Positions 13,298-26,447 of a stretch of DNA of 64,000 bases are shown piece by piece. This DNA comes from Lingula anatina (taxonomy: Eukaryota > Animalia > Brachiopoda): NCBI GenBank assembly GCA_051362555.1, contig CM120640.1, forward strand, positions 31,887,967-31,951,966, written 5' to 3'. Positions within the stretch are counted from its first letter, which is position 1. Each line of letters begins with the position of its first letter. A program made the position numbers and the translations under genes. The notes under the pieces are model-generated. The model had not been told where the DNA came from. It was given only the letters and a program-made list of their open reading frames with translations, and searched no databases.

Positions 13298-13341
<44 letters not shown>
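13256..13341. repeat. (CA)n/(CG)n alternating purine-pyrimidine tract
   Basis: Direct inspection. Confidence 0.9.
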
Positions 13342-13344
<3 letters not shown>

Positions 13345-14156
13345 GCTAGCCAATTGAAATCCCCCTTCCCCCACGTCCACCCACCCATCCCGATCTCCAG
13401 GACAAGGCTGGGATTTAACGCGTACTAGATAGCGGGGCACTTAACGCCGATTTAACAGCATAATTACATGATTTACCAAATTTATCGCAGGCATTAAAAT
13501 GAAGTTGATAGAAACTACAATGTAGTAGGCGCCGAAAAAGGCTGAGGTCACTACCGCGCTAACTACCCCTTTGCTGTCATTTGCGGCTGTCTTCACAAAG
13601 AAGAAAAGATAAGAATTTATCTTTCATTCAAATTTAAATCGCATACGATTGTTTCTCTCAAAATAACATTGTTTTAAAGATTTTTTTTTTATTTGATCGT
13701 TAAAACAATCAAAATTGTGTTATATAAAAAAGTTGTTTGTATTACCTGTCGCCAATGTTACATATGATAATGGCATTGAAATGGAAAAATATCAAAATTT
13801 GACTTAAGGCTTCTTTTCACTGACCCCCCCCCCCCCCCCCCTCCATCCCGATTCCTTTCTACCATTCAAACAAGCCGTCCTTGACTTCGCCTGCAGTAGT
13901 GTGCAAGCTATTGAAAAGTATAAGGCCAAAAGTTTGCGAGGGAATACCATGTAAAGAGATTGAGGGTAGATTGGTTTTATCCTTTTGTATTTACTTATTT
14001 TGTCGATTTTGAGAAGAAAACATCAGTAGCTTTCATTGAATTCACTTAAAATAGATTCAAAGAACAGCATTTTTTCTTACATCAGCCGCTTCTGAAGATG
14101 TAAGCAAGTAAAATATCATTAATTACGCACCGTCGCACTCCCCAAGCCAGGAAATA

Positions 14157-14316
14157 ACAGGTTACTCGATCTGTAAGATTCTTGGTTGACTTTAATATTT
14201 TTCAATATCTCTCCCCAATTTCACGAGGTTATGTTATTGGTATTCTTAAATGACTTTTGATATCGATATTTATAGCGAGGTCAAACAGGGTCGCGAACAT
14301 TGATGAAAGAGATCGC
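14157..14316 (+). repeat. Second copy of the 4018-4208 dispersed repeat
   Basis: Colinear similarity with 4018-4208. Confidence 0.7.
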
Positions 14317-15201
14317 TAAAAATATATATATCCTCCGTCCTCACTCTGTTTCTAAATTATGCGTGGTCGGTCTTATCCTTGTTGTTGCGAGCGGGTTATG
14401 TTCTTGCACTGTGCTGTTGTAAATTTCCTGGGTTTATATTAATTGCACGTTGTAATTGCCGTTATATACATATGTATCTACCCCTTGCCGCTCGTACAAG
14501 TTATTTACGTTTCTAGATGTCAACATTACAGATATCATTTTTGATGCCTAATAACCTCTGAAAGTGCATAGTAAGAAGAGTGCTAACATTGCCTGCAAGG
14601 TAACATTTGGAATGGTCACATTTTAAAAAAGATATAATGATCGCCAGTCAGTAAATAGGCATGAAACAACATGTACGTATGACACATACCCATCACTATC
14701 CGCCACGCTCCTGATGATCTCATTAGCCTTGCACCTGTCATTATTTTTATCTTATCATTTCTACTGGCTAAACATGTAGCCAGTAGGCATAGGAGGAAGT
14801 GAGAAGAATTTGAAGTAATTATATGGAGCTTCCCGAAATGATGCAGAGGTTAAAAAAAATACCGCACCTCAGACAATATGACGGTTGCCCTCTGTAAATG
14901 TACAGTCGATCTGTAGTAAACTTTAGACAGCGGACTCAGTTACCCAGCACACTTATCTGAATTGCTTGTGATAAGAAATGGCATTCCGTATTTTTAAAGT
15001 TTGGATAAAAGTTTCTGGATTTAGATCTGACTTTTATGTTCACTTTGAAAAATTATTCAGAGTCAAAGGCGGATTTTAAGTTAAAGGTACTTAATGCCTG
15101 ATTTACTCGCAAAAAATTAATTTTCTCCTGCTCAATAATCATTGGTGGTCCTCGTGCACTTGGATTCGGTGTTTCATATTAATAAACAGACAGTAAGCCT
15201 C

Positions 15202-15267
<66 letters not shown>
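15202..15267. repeat. (TG)n(TA)n microsatellite
   Basis: Direct inspection. Confidence 0.95.
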
Positions 15268-15273
<6 letters not shown>

Positions 15274-15520
15274 CAGTTAGTTAGTGGCTTTGTTTGGTAA
15301 AGAGACATGATCGGTTTAAGTTTACGATAATTATTCTTTTTTTTTTCTTTTGTGAAATTTTTATTTTTTACACATTAGCATTTTCAGTGGCTCACTTGCT
15401 AGTGTTTCAATGTCCATGTTACCTGTAGAACATAAAGTAAGAGGGAAAGACTAATTATGCTGTTTAAATCATTATGTAACAGTGCATCTTTTTGCGTATA
15501 TCTGAATTTTTGACAGCTTT

Positions 15521-15813
15521 CAGGCCTACCCAAATACCAGACTCGGCACCATGATCCTGAATTCAGCGCTAGATCGGACCACACAGTACGCGCTTCGAAG
15601 TATCAGACGCAACACCGCTCTTGCCCAGTACGCGATGTGAAAGCTATGATTCTCAGCGGGGTTGGAAAGTAGTGCATCTCATCTCATAATTTGTTCTGGG
15701 GTATGATACTGTGAAATGCGTACTGACGGACACCTTGAAAACGGGTAGTGTGGTCCGATCTACCGGTGAATTCGGGATCATTCGGTACCGAGTCTGGTAG
15801 TTGGCTAGGCCTG
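15521..15813. mobile_element. Palindromic non-autonomous element with long TIR CAGGCCTACCCAACTACCAGACTCGGCACC
   Basis: Terminal inverted repeats; same family as 60422-60740 in the opposite orientation. Confidence 0.8.
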
Positions 15814-16496
15814 GCTTTGCTGCCTTGTTTCCTGTATGGTGTCTGTATATTTGCCAGCTTCGTTGTCTAGTTCATTTAATGACTTACCCCGGCAGTTCTA
15901 AATGGTTAGCCAGTCATTTAAAATGTCATGTCTTTTCGTGCATTTCAGAGGGGACTTTTGATGTCAGGTACTTTTATTTCAGTTGTTGTTTAGTTTTTAA
16001 AAAAGATTAGAAGCTTTGCAACTTTTTCGGCTAGTACATCAATTGATACCTTTGACATTACCCAGTGCTCCGTATTATTTGAAAAGAGCGCTGAGACGCA
16101 TTTAATTAAATTGCTGTAATAGATCTTCTTAGTGTGACCACAATGGCATGTCAATATTAAAATGAATGAAAAACGGACGGGTCAAAACGCACCACGTTTG
16201 AACTAAGGTAACCACACAGCAACCATGTGTTCAGAGGAGATGTACACGTATATCATACTTTTCAACTACATATGAACAAGTATCGTCGGGAGGATGATCA
16301 AACGATATCTTGAATAGATAAGCCAGTGGCCTCGATTGACCCGTTATTTCTGGTGCACAAGTTAACACAATGGCCTAATCGTCCTGTGCAGCATCCTTAA
16401 ACCTCTCATTTTAACGTGTTTTTACAAAGCTGATAAGCACAGAAAAGATTAGACTTCTTGGCGCGGGATTTTATTCATTTGGAAAAATCAATACCT

Positions 16497-16733
16497 AGTG
16501 GCGGATTTTCGATTTCTGAAAAAAAAAAACATACCAATTGACCCCTCTTGAAATTAGAATTTTGACTAGCTGAATCATAGTTCTAAACCGTACCAAATGG
16601 CACCTTTCGCCCTCTAAAATACCTAAAAGGGCCCCGAACCCAACGTCGATGGGGGAGGGGGGGGGGCGAGGGTCGGCTTCGCATTCGCGGCCTGTCATTC
16701 CTAAAAAACGGACCCCCTTCAAATACGCCCCTG
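16497..16733 (+). mobile_element. GC-rich-ended MITE-like repeat (TAGTGGCGGAT...ATACGCCCCTG)
   Basis: Imperfect TIR; core TTTTGACTAGCTGAATCAT...GTACCAAATGGCACC...CGCCCTCTAAAATACC is shared with 32640-32885 (inverted). Confidence 0.7.
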
Positions 16734-17491
16734 ATATCCCCTCCCCCTACATATTTTGGGCAGTACCAGGTGAACATATAATAGGGTGTATGGTGTGCAA
16801 TATGATATAACGAACTAAGGGATAGTTCGTTTTAGACATGACAGAGTCATTTAGATTAATAAATAAAACATATTAAATTTTAACATATAAATCATCTTGA
16901 TAACGGTTATAATGGATTATGAAGTATTCCAACATTTTTAACATTCCAACAATATTTGGGTCGAAGTTCCTGATGCTTTCTAGGTATGATTATAAATCTA
17001 ACCCTAATAATATATAAATTACATGGAACAATATTAATAAGATAAGGATATTAATCATGTCTGTTTTCTTTTCTGTTGTCTTCACTGACTGATATTTTCC
17101 ATGACTCAATACATATAAATACCCTTGGAGTTCAAGAATTTCAATAATTTTTCATCATTTCGTCATTTTGCACTGTATTTCGTGTCTGGTAAACAGGATA
17201 CGCAATGTGTAAACCTGTTTTCCCTCCTTTTGTTGTTACTCGTATGACCTAATCGACCAGAACGAGCGTTGACGTACTGCTTTCGAGTTATTATTTACTC
17301 GACAAGATCAACTGCATTTTGTTCACGGCGCAAAAAAAAAATGTGTTCTTTAGGCACCAATCCCTCGTTCACCATTACTCAAAGTTCAAAGTTGACTTCG
17401 TGCCCTAAAGAGGTCAAGTAGTCCTATTTATCATATCCCGCGTAACCTTTGTATGCTCTGCATTTGGGACAGGTGGATCAGCACCAACAAC

Positions 17492-18795
17492 ATGGCAACT
17501 GACTTTCAGGCGACTTGCACCCTCCCATCTAGAAACAGATTGTTAATAGAACTTTTGCAGAAAAAAACTAACAGTCAAGATGCCTCCGTTCAGCAGGAAA
17601 GAATTAAGTCTCATGGCAAACTCAAGCGGAAACACCAATTGCAAAAGGACACAAGGGTGGGTCGCTTTGTTAAAACTTTATGTGCGCGCAACATCGTTAT
17701 AGATTTAGTTTCCGTCCCACAAATTTAATATTTAAAATTTATATAATGAAAAAAGGGGGGCGGCATGTATTTTGGAGACTTTCGACCCATAAATATGACA
17801 AAAAGTATTCTTCTATTACTTGTCTGTATATTTCCAATTTTTTAAAATCTAGTTTCACTATTCACTTCTTCAAAGGCCGCATAATTTGGCAAACAAAATC
17901 ACCAAATTTACCTTTAATTCATTCGTGCATGTACACATCTAAAACCAAAAATAATTTTACTTTTAAGTTTGGAGAAAACGATTTATTCACACGAGCCCAA
18001 AAGCATCTACGACAACAGTTGCTTCACAAGCATCGCTATTTGCAAGAGGCTTTTTCTAATCAGCAAAAGCAATTACAGCTCATCGCCAAAGATTTAGAAT
18101 GGACAATTAAGCACAACATTAACGGCAAGGTCATGTGTGAGTATACTGATTGTGAAACCGATAGGCGTGTCTCTAGTTTCTTTACGCAACGCAAGATTTA
18201 AAGAAAATCTGGCCATATCAAGTGTGTGTGTATTGTTTGTGAAACCGATGTGTGTCTCCAATATCTTTTGGCTACAAAAGCTTTTTTATTTGTTTAATGG
18301 AGCGTATGCTTTTGTACAGCGAATCCTTAATAGCAATTGAAAATATTCGTTTTTTTTTTAATTTCGAGATTGATGTATAGCTTAAGGGACAAAGCGGTAC
18401 GTCTTAGAACCTCCAATTTTAGAGAAAAGGTCATTCTTGGAACATCGCTTCCACAGTAGAACTTTCATATAATCAAAAGGCCTGCACACTTTCAATATTA
18501 GAAAAATCATTTGTATCTGTCGTTTAACGTTCAACGTAAAGAAACCTACAATTCTAATACCCTCTACCAGGGCCGCAGTTATTATTGTGGATATTTTTGC
18601 AGATATTTTAAACCATTTATTTAACCAGAGACATATATGTTAATGTCTAGTGAAAAATCAATCTGTGGCCCTGGTAGAGGGTACAATTCTAACATGTAAA
18701 ATACTCACCCATAGACAATGTGTGATAGTAAAGCTTTCAACGCTAAATTTAAAACTTCAGATTTCTTTCAGCAGAATAGTTTTCATATGATTCGT

Positions 18796-18830
<35 letters not shown>

Positions 18831-20401
18831 GTACACATTTTTTTTTAAACATATTCTTATGAATTGTAAGTGAAATGTCGATAAATTTTCTATGTAAATT
18901 CATGGTCTGCACTCACGTAAAGAACTAAAAGGAAGAGAGTCAGTCCGTCATCAATCTATACTTTTTATATTTCTGTTTTTAAAAGAAAAGTACTCTTTTC
19001 GTTCAATCTTATCGACTTGTAGAACAGATTAATAATAAATAACTGATTAAATTATGCTGTGACATTTAACACTGTTACGTTATTCAAAATTAATCCCATG
19101 TAAAAATAAGCATGAACTTCTAGCTCCAGAAAGTGCAAAAGAATCGACAGCCGTAACACCAAACGCCGGCGCATATCAACAAAGGGTTCAACCTACATGC
19201 ACCGAATTGCAAAGTTTGCCGGCGTCAATGGTGCCGACACCCAAAGAGCAGACAGCAGGTTTACAAAACATTAGCACCGACGTCCAGCATTCTACGTCCA
19301 CTTGCCATTATCCTCTGAAAGCGCCACACGCCTTCCAACAACTGACAGGTAAACATATTGTGTTGCATCAATCAAGCCACTTAGCTTTAACCCCTGTAAA
19401 ATTGGGAATGCAGTAGTTTGGCCTTGAAACACAGTTAAATATTCAATAACACCCAGTTTGTTGCAAACAAAACTTATATCCGTAAGTTAATACTTGGCAT
19501 AAGCATCCCAGTTCAGAACAACCTGGAAAAATGAGAGACAAAAAATATTCAAAGTTGCAGTATCAAAACAAAAACCACACGTATACACTATTTGTTTCCA
19601 AAACCGAGAGCAGTTTTTCTTTTATCCTAAAGACATGCAGCATCATCATATTACAAATCCAATATTATATAATGAAACGTTCTACATATACGTTCTACAT
19701 ATATTACATACTTTCTTGTAAAGAAATACATTTCCTAAAACACTAAGCAAAATATCTTTCCAAATACATAATATCTACATGTACTTAATCATTCAGATAT
19801 GGGTACCATACTGTCGCGGAATAACGCTGTTCTTTCGGATCCGTCACAGAAAGGTTTCAGAAATGAAGAGCAGCAGCAGAGGCAGCAACAGCAGGATTTT
19901 CAACTGACACAGCCAATACCAATGTCTTATGTACCCAGGAGAACATCAACAAAGGATCTGGGTAACATTGCTGCATCCAGTCCCATGCATTTGGCATTAC
20001 CAACACTCAGTTTTGAACCCAGCATGGCTGCTACAACAACTTCAGCCACACGGGATCTGCATTTGACAAGTCACAGTTTACGTCTGCAACTGTTGCACCA
20101 GCGGTATAAGCTACAATGCCAACAACAACAACAACAACAACAGACCAACTCATTCACCAACTTCTCTACCACGTCTTTGACACAACCGCTACTGGACGAT
20201 CAGATACCAGTGGCTGCAAGTGACATGCCATGCAACGTAACTGACCAAAATCCGGACTTGTGGGACTTTGATTTCATGGATCACATTCTCAGCGAAGACG
20301 ACATTCAAGCTTTGGAGTGCTATATCGAACATGATCCTGCATTCGATGGTGAGCATAACTGTCCTCCTAGTAATATCTCGAATGGACAAGAGCAACTCTA
20401 G
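17492..20401 (+). CDS. Gene A: 387-aa protein with LLxxLL, CLOCK exon-19-like coiled coil and Q-rich tail, no bHLH-PAS found; exons 17492-17656, 17968-18136, 19124-19348, 19797-20401
   Basis: GT-AG introns with phases 0/1/1 give one open frame of 1164 nt. Every exon has a homologous exon with matching phase in gene B. The family assignment rests on a recalled alignment. Confidence 0.8.
18558..18683. mobile_element. 126-bp MITE with 9-bp TSD (MULE-like)
   Basis: TIR TACCCTCTACCAGGGCC / GGCCCTGGTAGAGGGTA; CAATTCTAA at 18549-57 and 18684-92. Confidence 0.85.
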
Positions 20402-22107
20402 TGACCTCCAGGCTGAGAGACCAATTTGTAGGTGACAAGTATTATATTTACAGGGAATATATCTGTAAAAAGCAGAGATCTTTCCAACTTTATCTGTAAC
20501 ACACAATGGAATGACTTACTGCGCACCCAAGTTTATCGAAGAAATATTTGAAATATAGTTAATCTGCAGATCAACTGGTTGTGGACAAGGCCTTTATTAT
20601 CCAAGAGCTTTTATTCATTATACATGAGCTAATGAAACCTTATGTTAGACATACAATCTTCAAAGATAGAATGAGATACCTTTCAAGTTCAATAAACCTG
20701 ATAATCCTTATATCCTCAGATTTCTGAGTGCCTGAAATTTTAGGATTCTTAACACAAAAACTGGAGCCACTGCTAACAGTGGTCTTAAGATACAACTGTG
20801 CAGGCAATTAGGAGTGATTACGCTCTTTTTCATTTTTTTTATTGAAACAATGGTGTAGTTACAATAACATGATTAATATTTTTCACATTACAGTCCAGTA
20901 CACTGTCAACTTTATGTTATGTGTACTGAATAGCACTATAGCTGTTCACCATACTGTATTACCTTATATAGTACAAAGTACAATATTACCAGAAGTTATT
21001 ACATAAAAAGTGCAAACACCTCAACAAAATAGGAAATGGACAAAAAGCAGTGAAGGCAGAAAAAGTAAACTGAGAAAACATACTCTTAAAAATCCATTTT
21101 TTCCATATTGCTTATGGTAGTATACTGTGCACATACTTTTATTTACAATTATTTTTATAATGTGTAAAATTTTGTTATAACAGATATTTACCTCAGATTA
21201 CCTGCATTTCTACTAACTGGTAATCCCATCAATACCTCACAATTAGATAGGTCCAAGTTTCAACTCATTTAAACCATATCAGGTTCATATATCTGTCCAT
21301 GAGCTGAGAAAAATGCTAGTGGGAAAAGCAGACATGTATGAAAGTTATATTCAGCATCCATGGCATTCATGTGGAAGCTTTTTCAAGGGGAAGACTTCTG
21401 ATGGACTGGGGAAAGGATTGGACAGTTCCATTTTCATTTCAACTCCAAATGAACTACATTATTTACAACATCTTGCTGTGTTACAAAACGGGTGGTGGTT
21501 TAATTTCATCTTGTATAAAAAGTTTTATTCATACATGATTTCTGTGAAATCTTTGTAATAAATCAGTAAATAACCAACTGCAACTGAAATTTATTTATAA
21601 CACATTTGGAATGTTTTGGAAGAAGACCAGACAAAAGAAACCCAGCAAAAAAATGCCAGAGCTGGGACACAGACAGATTTCAAGTTGCCATGCCTGTCAA
21701 GTTATTTTAATTTCACTCCAAATATACAGTATACAGACACACTGTAAAAATTCCCAAAAAGAGTCGATGCCATGGCAGCTATATTATACAAGTGCGTAAA
21801 AATGCAATACCTGGACCCATGCATATACAATTTTCCCAAAATACTGAAAACAATTCACTGAGGCTAAAGTGAATAAATAATCTTGTAACTTTTCTAAAAT
21901 AATTTAACTGTATGCAATAGTGAACAACAAATAAAGCCTATAAGTTACCTGCTAGAGAGTTCACACAGTAATTGCAGGTATATTATTTTCAGGAGTCCTG
22001 ATCCATTTTAATTGTTAAAACATGAAATAACCCACTGGGCTGATCCTTGCAAGTGTACATATTTCTTTATACAGCTGGAAACATTGTTAAAGCACCTTAT
22101 TGCCCTC

Positions 22108-24721
22108 CTAGTTGATGCTATTTGTTATCAAATTCCTTAAATATGAACTTGCACTTGAAGTTTGCAGGTCTGAACTGTGAGATCCAGTACTTTTCTCTTC
22201 CTTAATCCTTGCGCCTTGCTTATCTTGCCCTGGTTTCTTTTTGGTGAATATTCCTCCAGCTCCTCTTTTCCTGTTCAAGGCATGCTTATGTCTGGACTCA
22301 TACAGGTATTTCTGAGAAAAAAAAATTAAATCAACTTTTCAAGATTTTATTATAAAATTCAGCTAACTTAGTGCAAGCCTTTCCGATAAAGTCATAAACT
22401 CATCTTTTTCAAAAATAACTTTTCCATCAATTTAATTAATTAAAGTAATATCTATAAATTGTATATCAATTCTTTTATTTAGATAAAGTGCTTACTCATA
22501 CTTAAAATAAACATCAAGTACTTGTAAAAAATAAAATGTTAAATTTCATATATATACCAGGGGTACAGTGACTGTACATGAAAAGTAAATATGCTTTTTA
22601 AATTTAAATGTCTACTATAACTAAAAAGCTGTATGCCATACATCCATATTATGAGACCACATTTGTCTTATGTTTTCCATAACACAAGCAAGTACACACA
22701 CATACACGCTTCAAAATCCACAAAATGCCAACAAAGTGTAACACTATGGTTAAATCAACATGAAAACTTCACGATTACTTATTCTATAGATAATTTTAAT
22801 TAGATTAAAAAATTGCAACAGACATAAGAAAGTAACAAACTCAGCTTACAGGTCTTTCTTTAGGTATTTTACCAAGAGCTTCTAGTTTAGCCCGTGCCTC
22901 TCTCCTCTTAAGAATCCTGTGGTACTGTTTTGCATTCACATACAGTGGTTCTTCCCCATCTGCAGACTCCTGAAACAAACAAAAATATAATATGTTCTTT
23001 ACTTCCATGAAATAACCATAACCGTATTATAAAATAAACGCCAAGATTGAACTGAAACATGAGAGAGAGAGTGTTCCCCTTATTACATACATCACAAATA
23101 CCCACACTTTTGGAGTTTCAACCTAATCCCTGCAATTTCTATAAAACTGACTCCAGATTCTTCTTAGCACTGTGCATAATATAAAACTTAAAAGTTAAAA
23201 ACGTACCATCTTAAATTACAATCACAGATTTTAAAAACATACCAAAGGCATTGGGGCGGTCACTCCAGGTGTTTGTCCAAGACCAGTGAACTGACCAGGT
23301 GCTAAGTTCATGATTTGCAAACCTGCAATGTTCATAATTAGCGTGAGAGGCAGGAATTAAAATAAGATATCCATGATAATTTGTTACAGTAGTGTATTGA
23401 TCACTTCTTGAAGTACACTGAAACCATATCATTTCAAAGATAATTTTTCAAAAGTTTAAGATAGATAAAATGGTGTCACCGTTTTCTTTTATAATAAAAG
23501 TATAGAGGTATTAAACAACTTTGATTTGAAAAAGAACCCCTAACACAGCAGTCAAACTAAGAAAAGACATTTTACATTTTAACAATTTGTAGCCCTAACC
23601 CACAGTTGAGATCAGTGACAGGCTGATGCAACCAGTGAGAAAAAAATCAAGAGATTTGTCCAATTATTAGCTTTACCTCCAGGTAACTGCAGGGAACCTG
23701 TGCCGCCTTCACTGTTCATCACCAGGTATGCCACCTGTCCATTTTGTGCCACCGTCACCCCTGGTCCAGAGGGAGCATGAAGACCTTTGGCCTCAGGAAG
23801 GTTTTCTTTCTCCAAACGTACTGTATTTATCTCATCCAACTGCTTTTCCACTGTTACATGGCCATCTGTGTCTTTAGAAACTGTCTCTGTATTGTATAAT
23901 AACGATCTGGCAGACACATTGCCAAGACTAGTGGGATCAAACACATGCTGAACTGCGGGTGATGACAGGTCACCTGAGGTTGGTACATTCAAGTACAAGA
24001 CATTACTCCCATCTGGGTTAGCAGAGAACTGGGATACGACTACCTGGTCACCTTCTCCACCTGAACTTATCACCTGGCAGAGAGTGGATTCCCCCTGAAA
24101 TACACAGGAAGACAGTTCATTTCAATGCAGCAAATTTAGTTTTAAACTCACTGAGGGCACATTTAGAACAAGTTGATTCGCTGACTAACAGAACTGCAGA
24201 TCAAATATGGGTGACCCACCTGAAAGGTTGACCTACAGTACTCCAAGGCTATTAATCCCCTAAAAGACATTGAAAAGATTCCCCGCGGAAAGCAGTCAGG
24301 GGTAAACTTTCTAGTGGGTTGGCCATATTTGATCTGCAGATCTGTTAGTCCGAGGATCAACTTCTGTTGTGAATGCAGTCTAAATCTAAACCATACTGTC
24401 TACATTGTTAAAATGATCACAACTCATGCCTCTATGAATTTTACTTGAAAATAAAAGTACTTGTAACAAATATATACAGTGCCACATCTGCGATCTGAAA
24501 ACTGGGAAACAGTGGGGCCCCTGTTTAGAAATATGGAGGACAGAAACTTTCATCAACACTGTTTTCGATGCATGAATGGCACAATGGCACAGCAACACTG
24601 TACATACAATTTTGTTGCTTATGCATCTCTCTTTCTTATTAACTTTTCAAAGAAAGACTTCTATTACCTGTGTAGATTCAACACAAGATGTCTCCACTGG
24701 CTGTAACTCTGCCAGTGACAT
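22108..24721 (-). CDS. NFYA: Nuclear transcription factor Y subunit alpha family (divergent), 291 aa; exons 24721-24668, 24094-23677, 23322-23243, 22969-22850, 22311-22108
   Basis: CBFB/NF-YA domain [57 protein letters not shown]; consistent GT-AG phases over 876 nt. Confidence 0.93.
24155..24380. mobile_element. Palindromic Harbinger-like MITE in an NF-YA intron
   Basis: Inverted arms ACAAGTTGATTCG...CTAACAGAACTGCAGATCAAATATGG / CCATATTTGATCTGCAGATCTGTTAG...GATCAACTT; flanks TGA/TAA. Confidence 0.6.
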
Positions 24722-25849
24722 AACTGATGGCTTCAAACAGATCTGAAAGCAAAGCCAAGATATTTTTACTTTTCAAAATATTTTTTTTATATGTCTGTAA
24801 ATAAACATGCAAGACTAAAAATAATATTAATCAAGCCCAATAATTTATACAATTTGTTTTCAAGTTTTTTTATTATGGAAATGTCACATCAAATCCATCT
24901 TCTGTACACTGAGGCTCATGTACTAGGTGCATATGCATACTCAGTACAGTTACAGGATTAATTTCGAGGACACTTTAATAGCCTTGGTTTATAATCCTTA
25001 TGGTAGTTAAACGACTATTATCGGTGCGTTAATTATAGGGAATTAAACCTTAAGCCGTTGGGACCCAGCAGCCATAAATACTACTCTAACTCGGCCTAAA
25101 TTTACTCAGCTCGCTTTTAGCCACCCACTGTGAGCAGGACAACATCATCAATAGAAAAGAACTTCTGCACTTTCATTTAGATAAACAGGGTGATAAACCC
25201 GATGGGGTGAACGGGGTGAAAATACCAGCCTTTGTGAGTAAGAACAATAGCAGCCCGCGGATCTAACAGAACACCTTCCAAGGTTTTCTCAACAACATAA
25301 AGAAAACCTTCAGAATGGTGGGGCACAGGGAACCCAATGAACCAAATATAAAAATCAAAAATGGGATTCAGTTGTTAACTACTGCCATTCCAACAACACT
25401 GCCTTCTCTGAATATCTGCCAGGATCTCGGCCAGTTTAATGTGTTAACAGTGTGAATCTGCACTTCCTCATTTTTTCCATTTCATGTTTTTAGTTTAGGA
25501 AATTAATAACAAACCTTACAAAATGTCACGACTAACCACACCTAATTTTTTCATTTTTAAAAAGTTTAAAGCCTTAGAGGAGAGGAACACAAAACGTTTG
25601 TTCTTAGGATATGCATAGAGTTAATAAAAACTACTGGTACATTTGTATTATCGTTCTTATCATGACAACACCATAACGATTCATCACTTTGTTACCGAAT
25701 TGTAACTATGTCATTTTTAATCATTAAATCTTAATAGATAATTACCTGAATGTTTTCCCTTTACACATGCAGGAAGATATACAGTGACATACACTAATGA
25801 CTGTATAAAGTAAGTTTATGTACTTGCTCACAGATTACATTTGGCGCCG

Positions 25850-26135
25850 TTCTTCATCTCCGTGTGTACAACGTCAGCATTTTATGTGTAGAGAGTCTAA
25901 TATGAAAAAGGCAGATAATGTTTTCAATAAAAAATGATAAATTCCAAAGAAAATTTCAACAGTTTTATATTTTTAACAAGGCTATCTAGTCATCATCTTT
26001 CATGTGGCTCAGAAAATATATAAACCACAAGTTCGGCAAGTGTCGGGGAGTATCTTCGGGCAGCGTCACGGATACGAAATAGCCGCCATATTTGAGCAGA
26101 AACCGGTTATATCTACACAATCGTAGAATATCACC
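25850..26135. promoter_or_regulatory. Putative bidirectional promoter of NFYA(-) and SNRPG(+)
   Basis: Head-to-head genes; YY1-type GCCGCCATATTT at 26082; minus-strand splice donor near 25745 suggests a 5'UTR exon. Confidence 0.55.
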
Positions 26136-26413
26136 ATGAGTAAAGCGCATCCTCCCGAGCTGAAGAAGTAAGTACAAAGTAAATGCCAAATGTATACTAT
26201 GGGGTGCTTTTCATACGAGGATATGTGGTAGAAACAGAATGATTATGGAATGTTTCTGGTAGCAAACATGGCTGCGCCCATAAGCGAAATGCTGAATACC
26301 ATAGCAAACAAAGAAATGTATTTGTCTTCGGTTTTTAAGTGATCGATCTCTCTCTCTTTCTCTCACTCTCTCTCTATTTCTCTCTCTCTATCTATCTCAC
26401 ACACCAACGCGCA

Positions 26414-26447
<34 letters not shown>

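Noticed and set aside
10850-17450. bHLH-PAS exons upstream of gene A
   Set aside because: I saw no recognisable bHLH or PAS coding segments by eye; small divergent exons cannot be excluded without tBLASTn.
17680-18201. 173-aa single-exon ORF
   Set aside because: Only 17968-18136 is homologous to gene B and bounded by splice sites; the rest is intron read-through.
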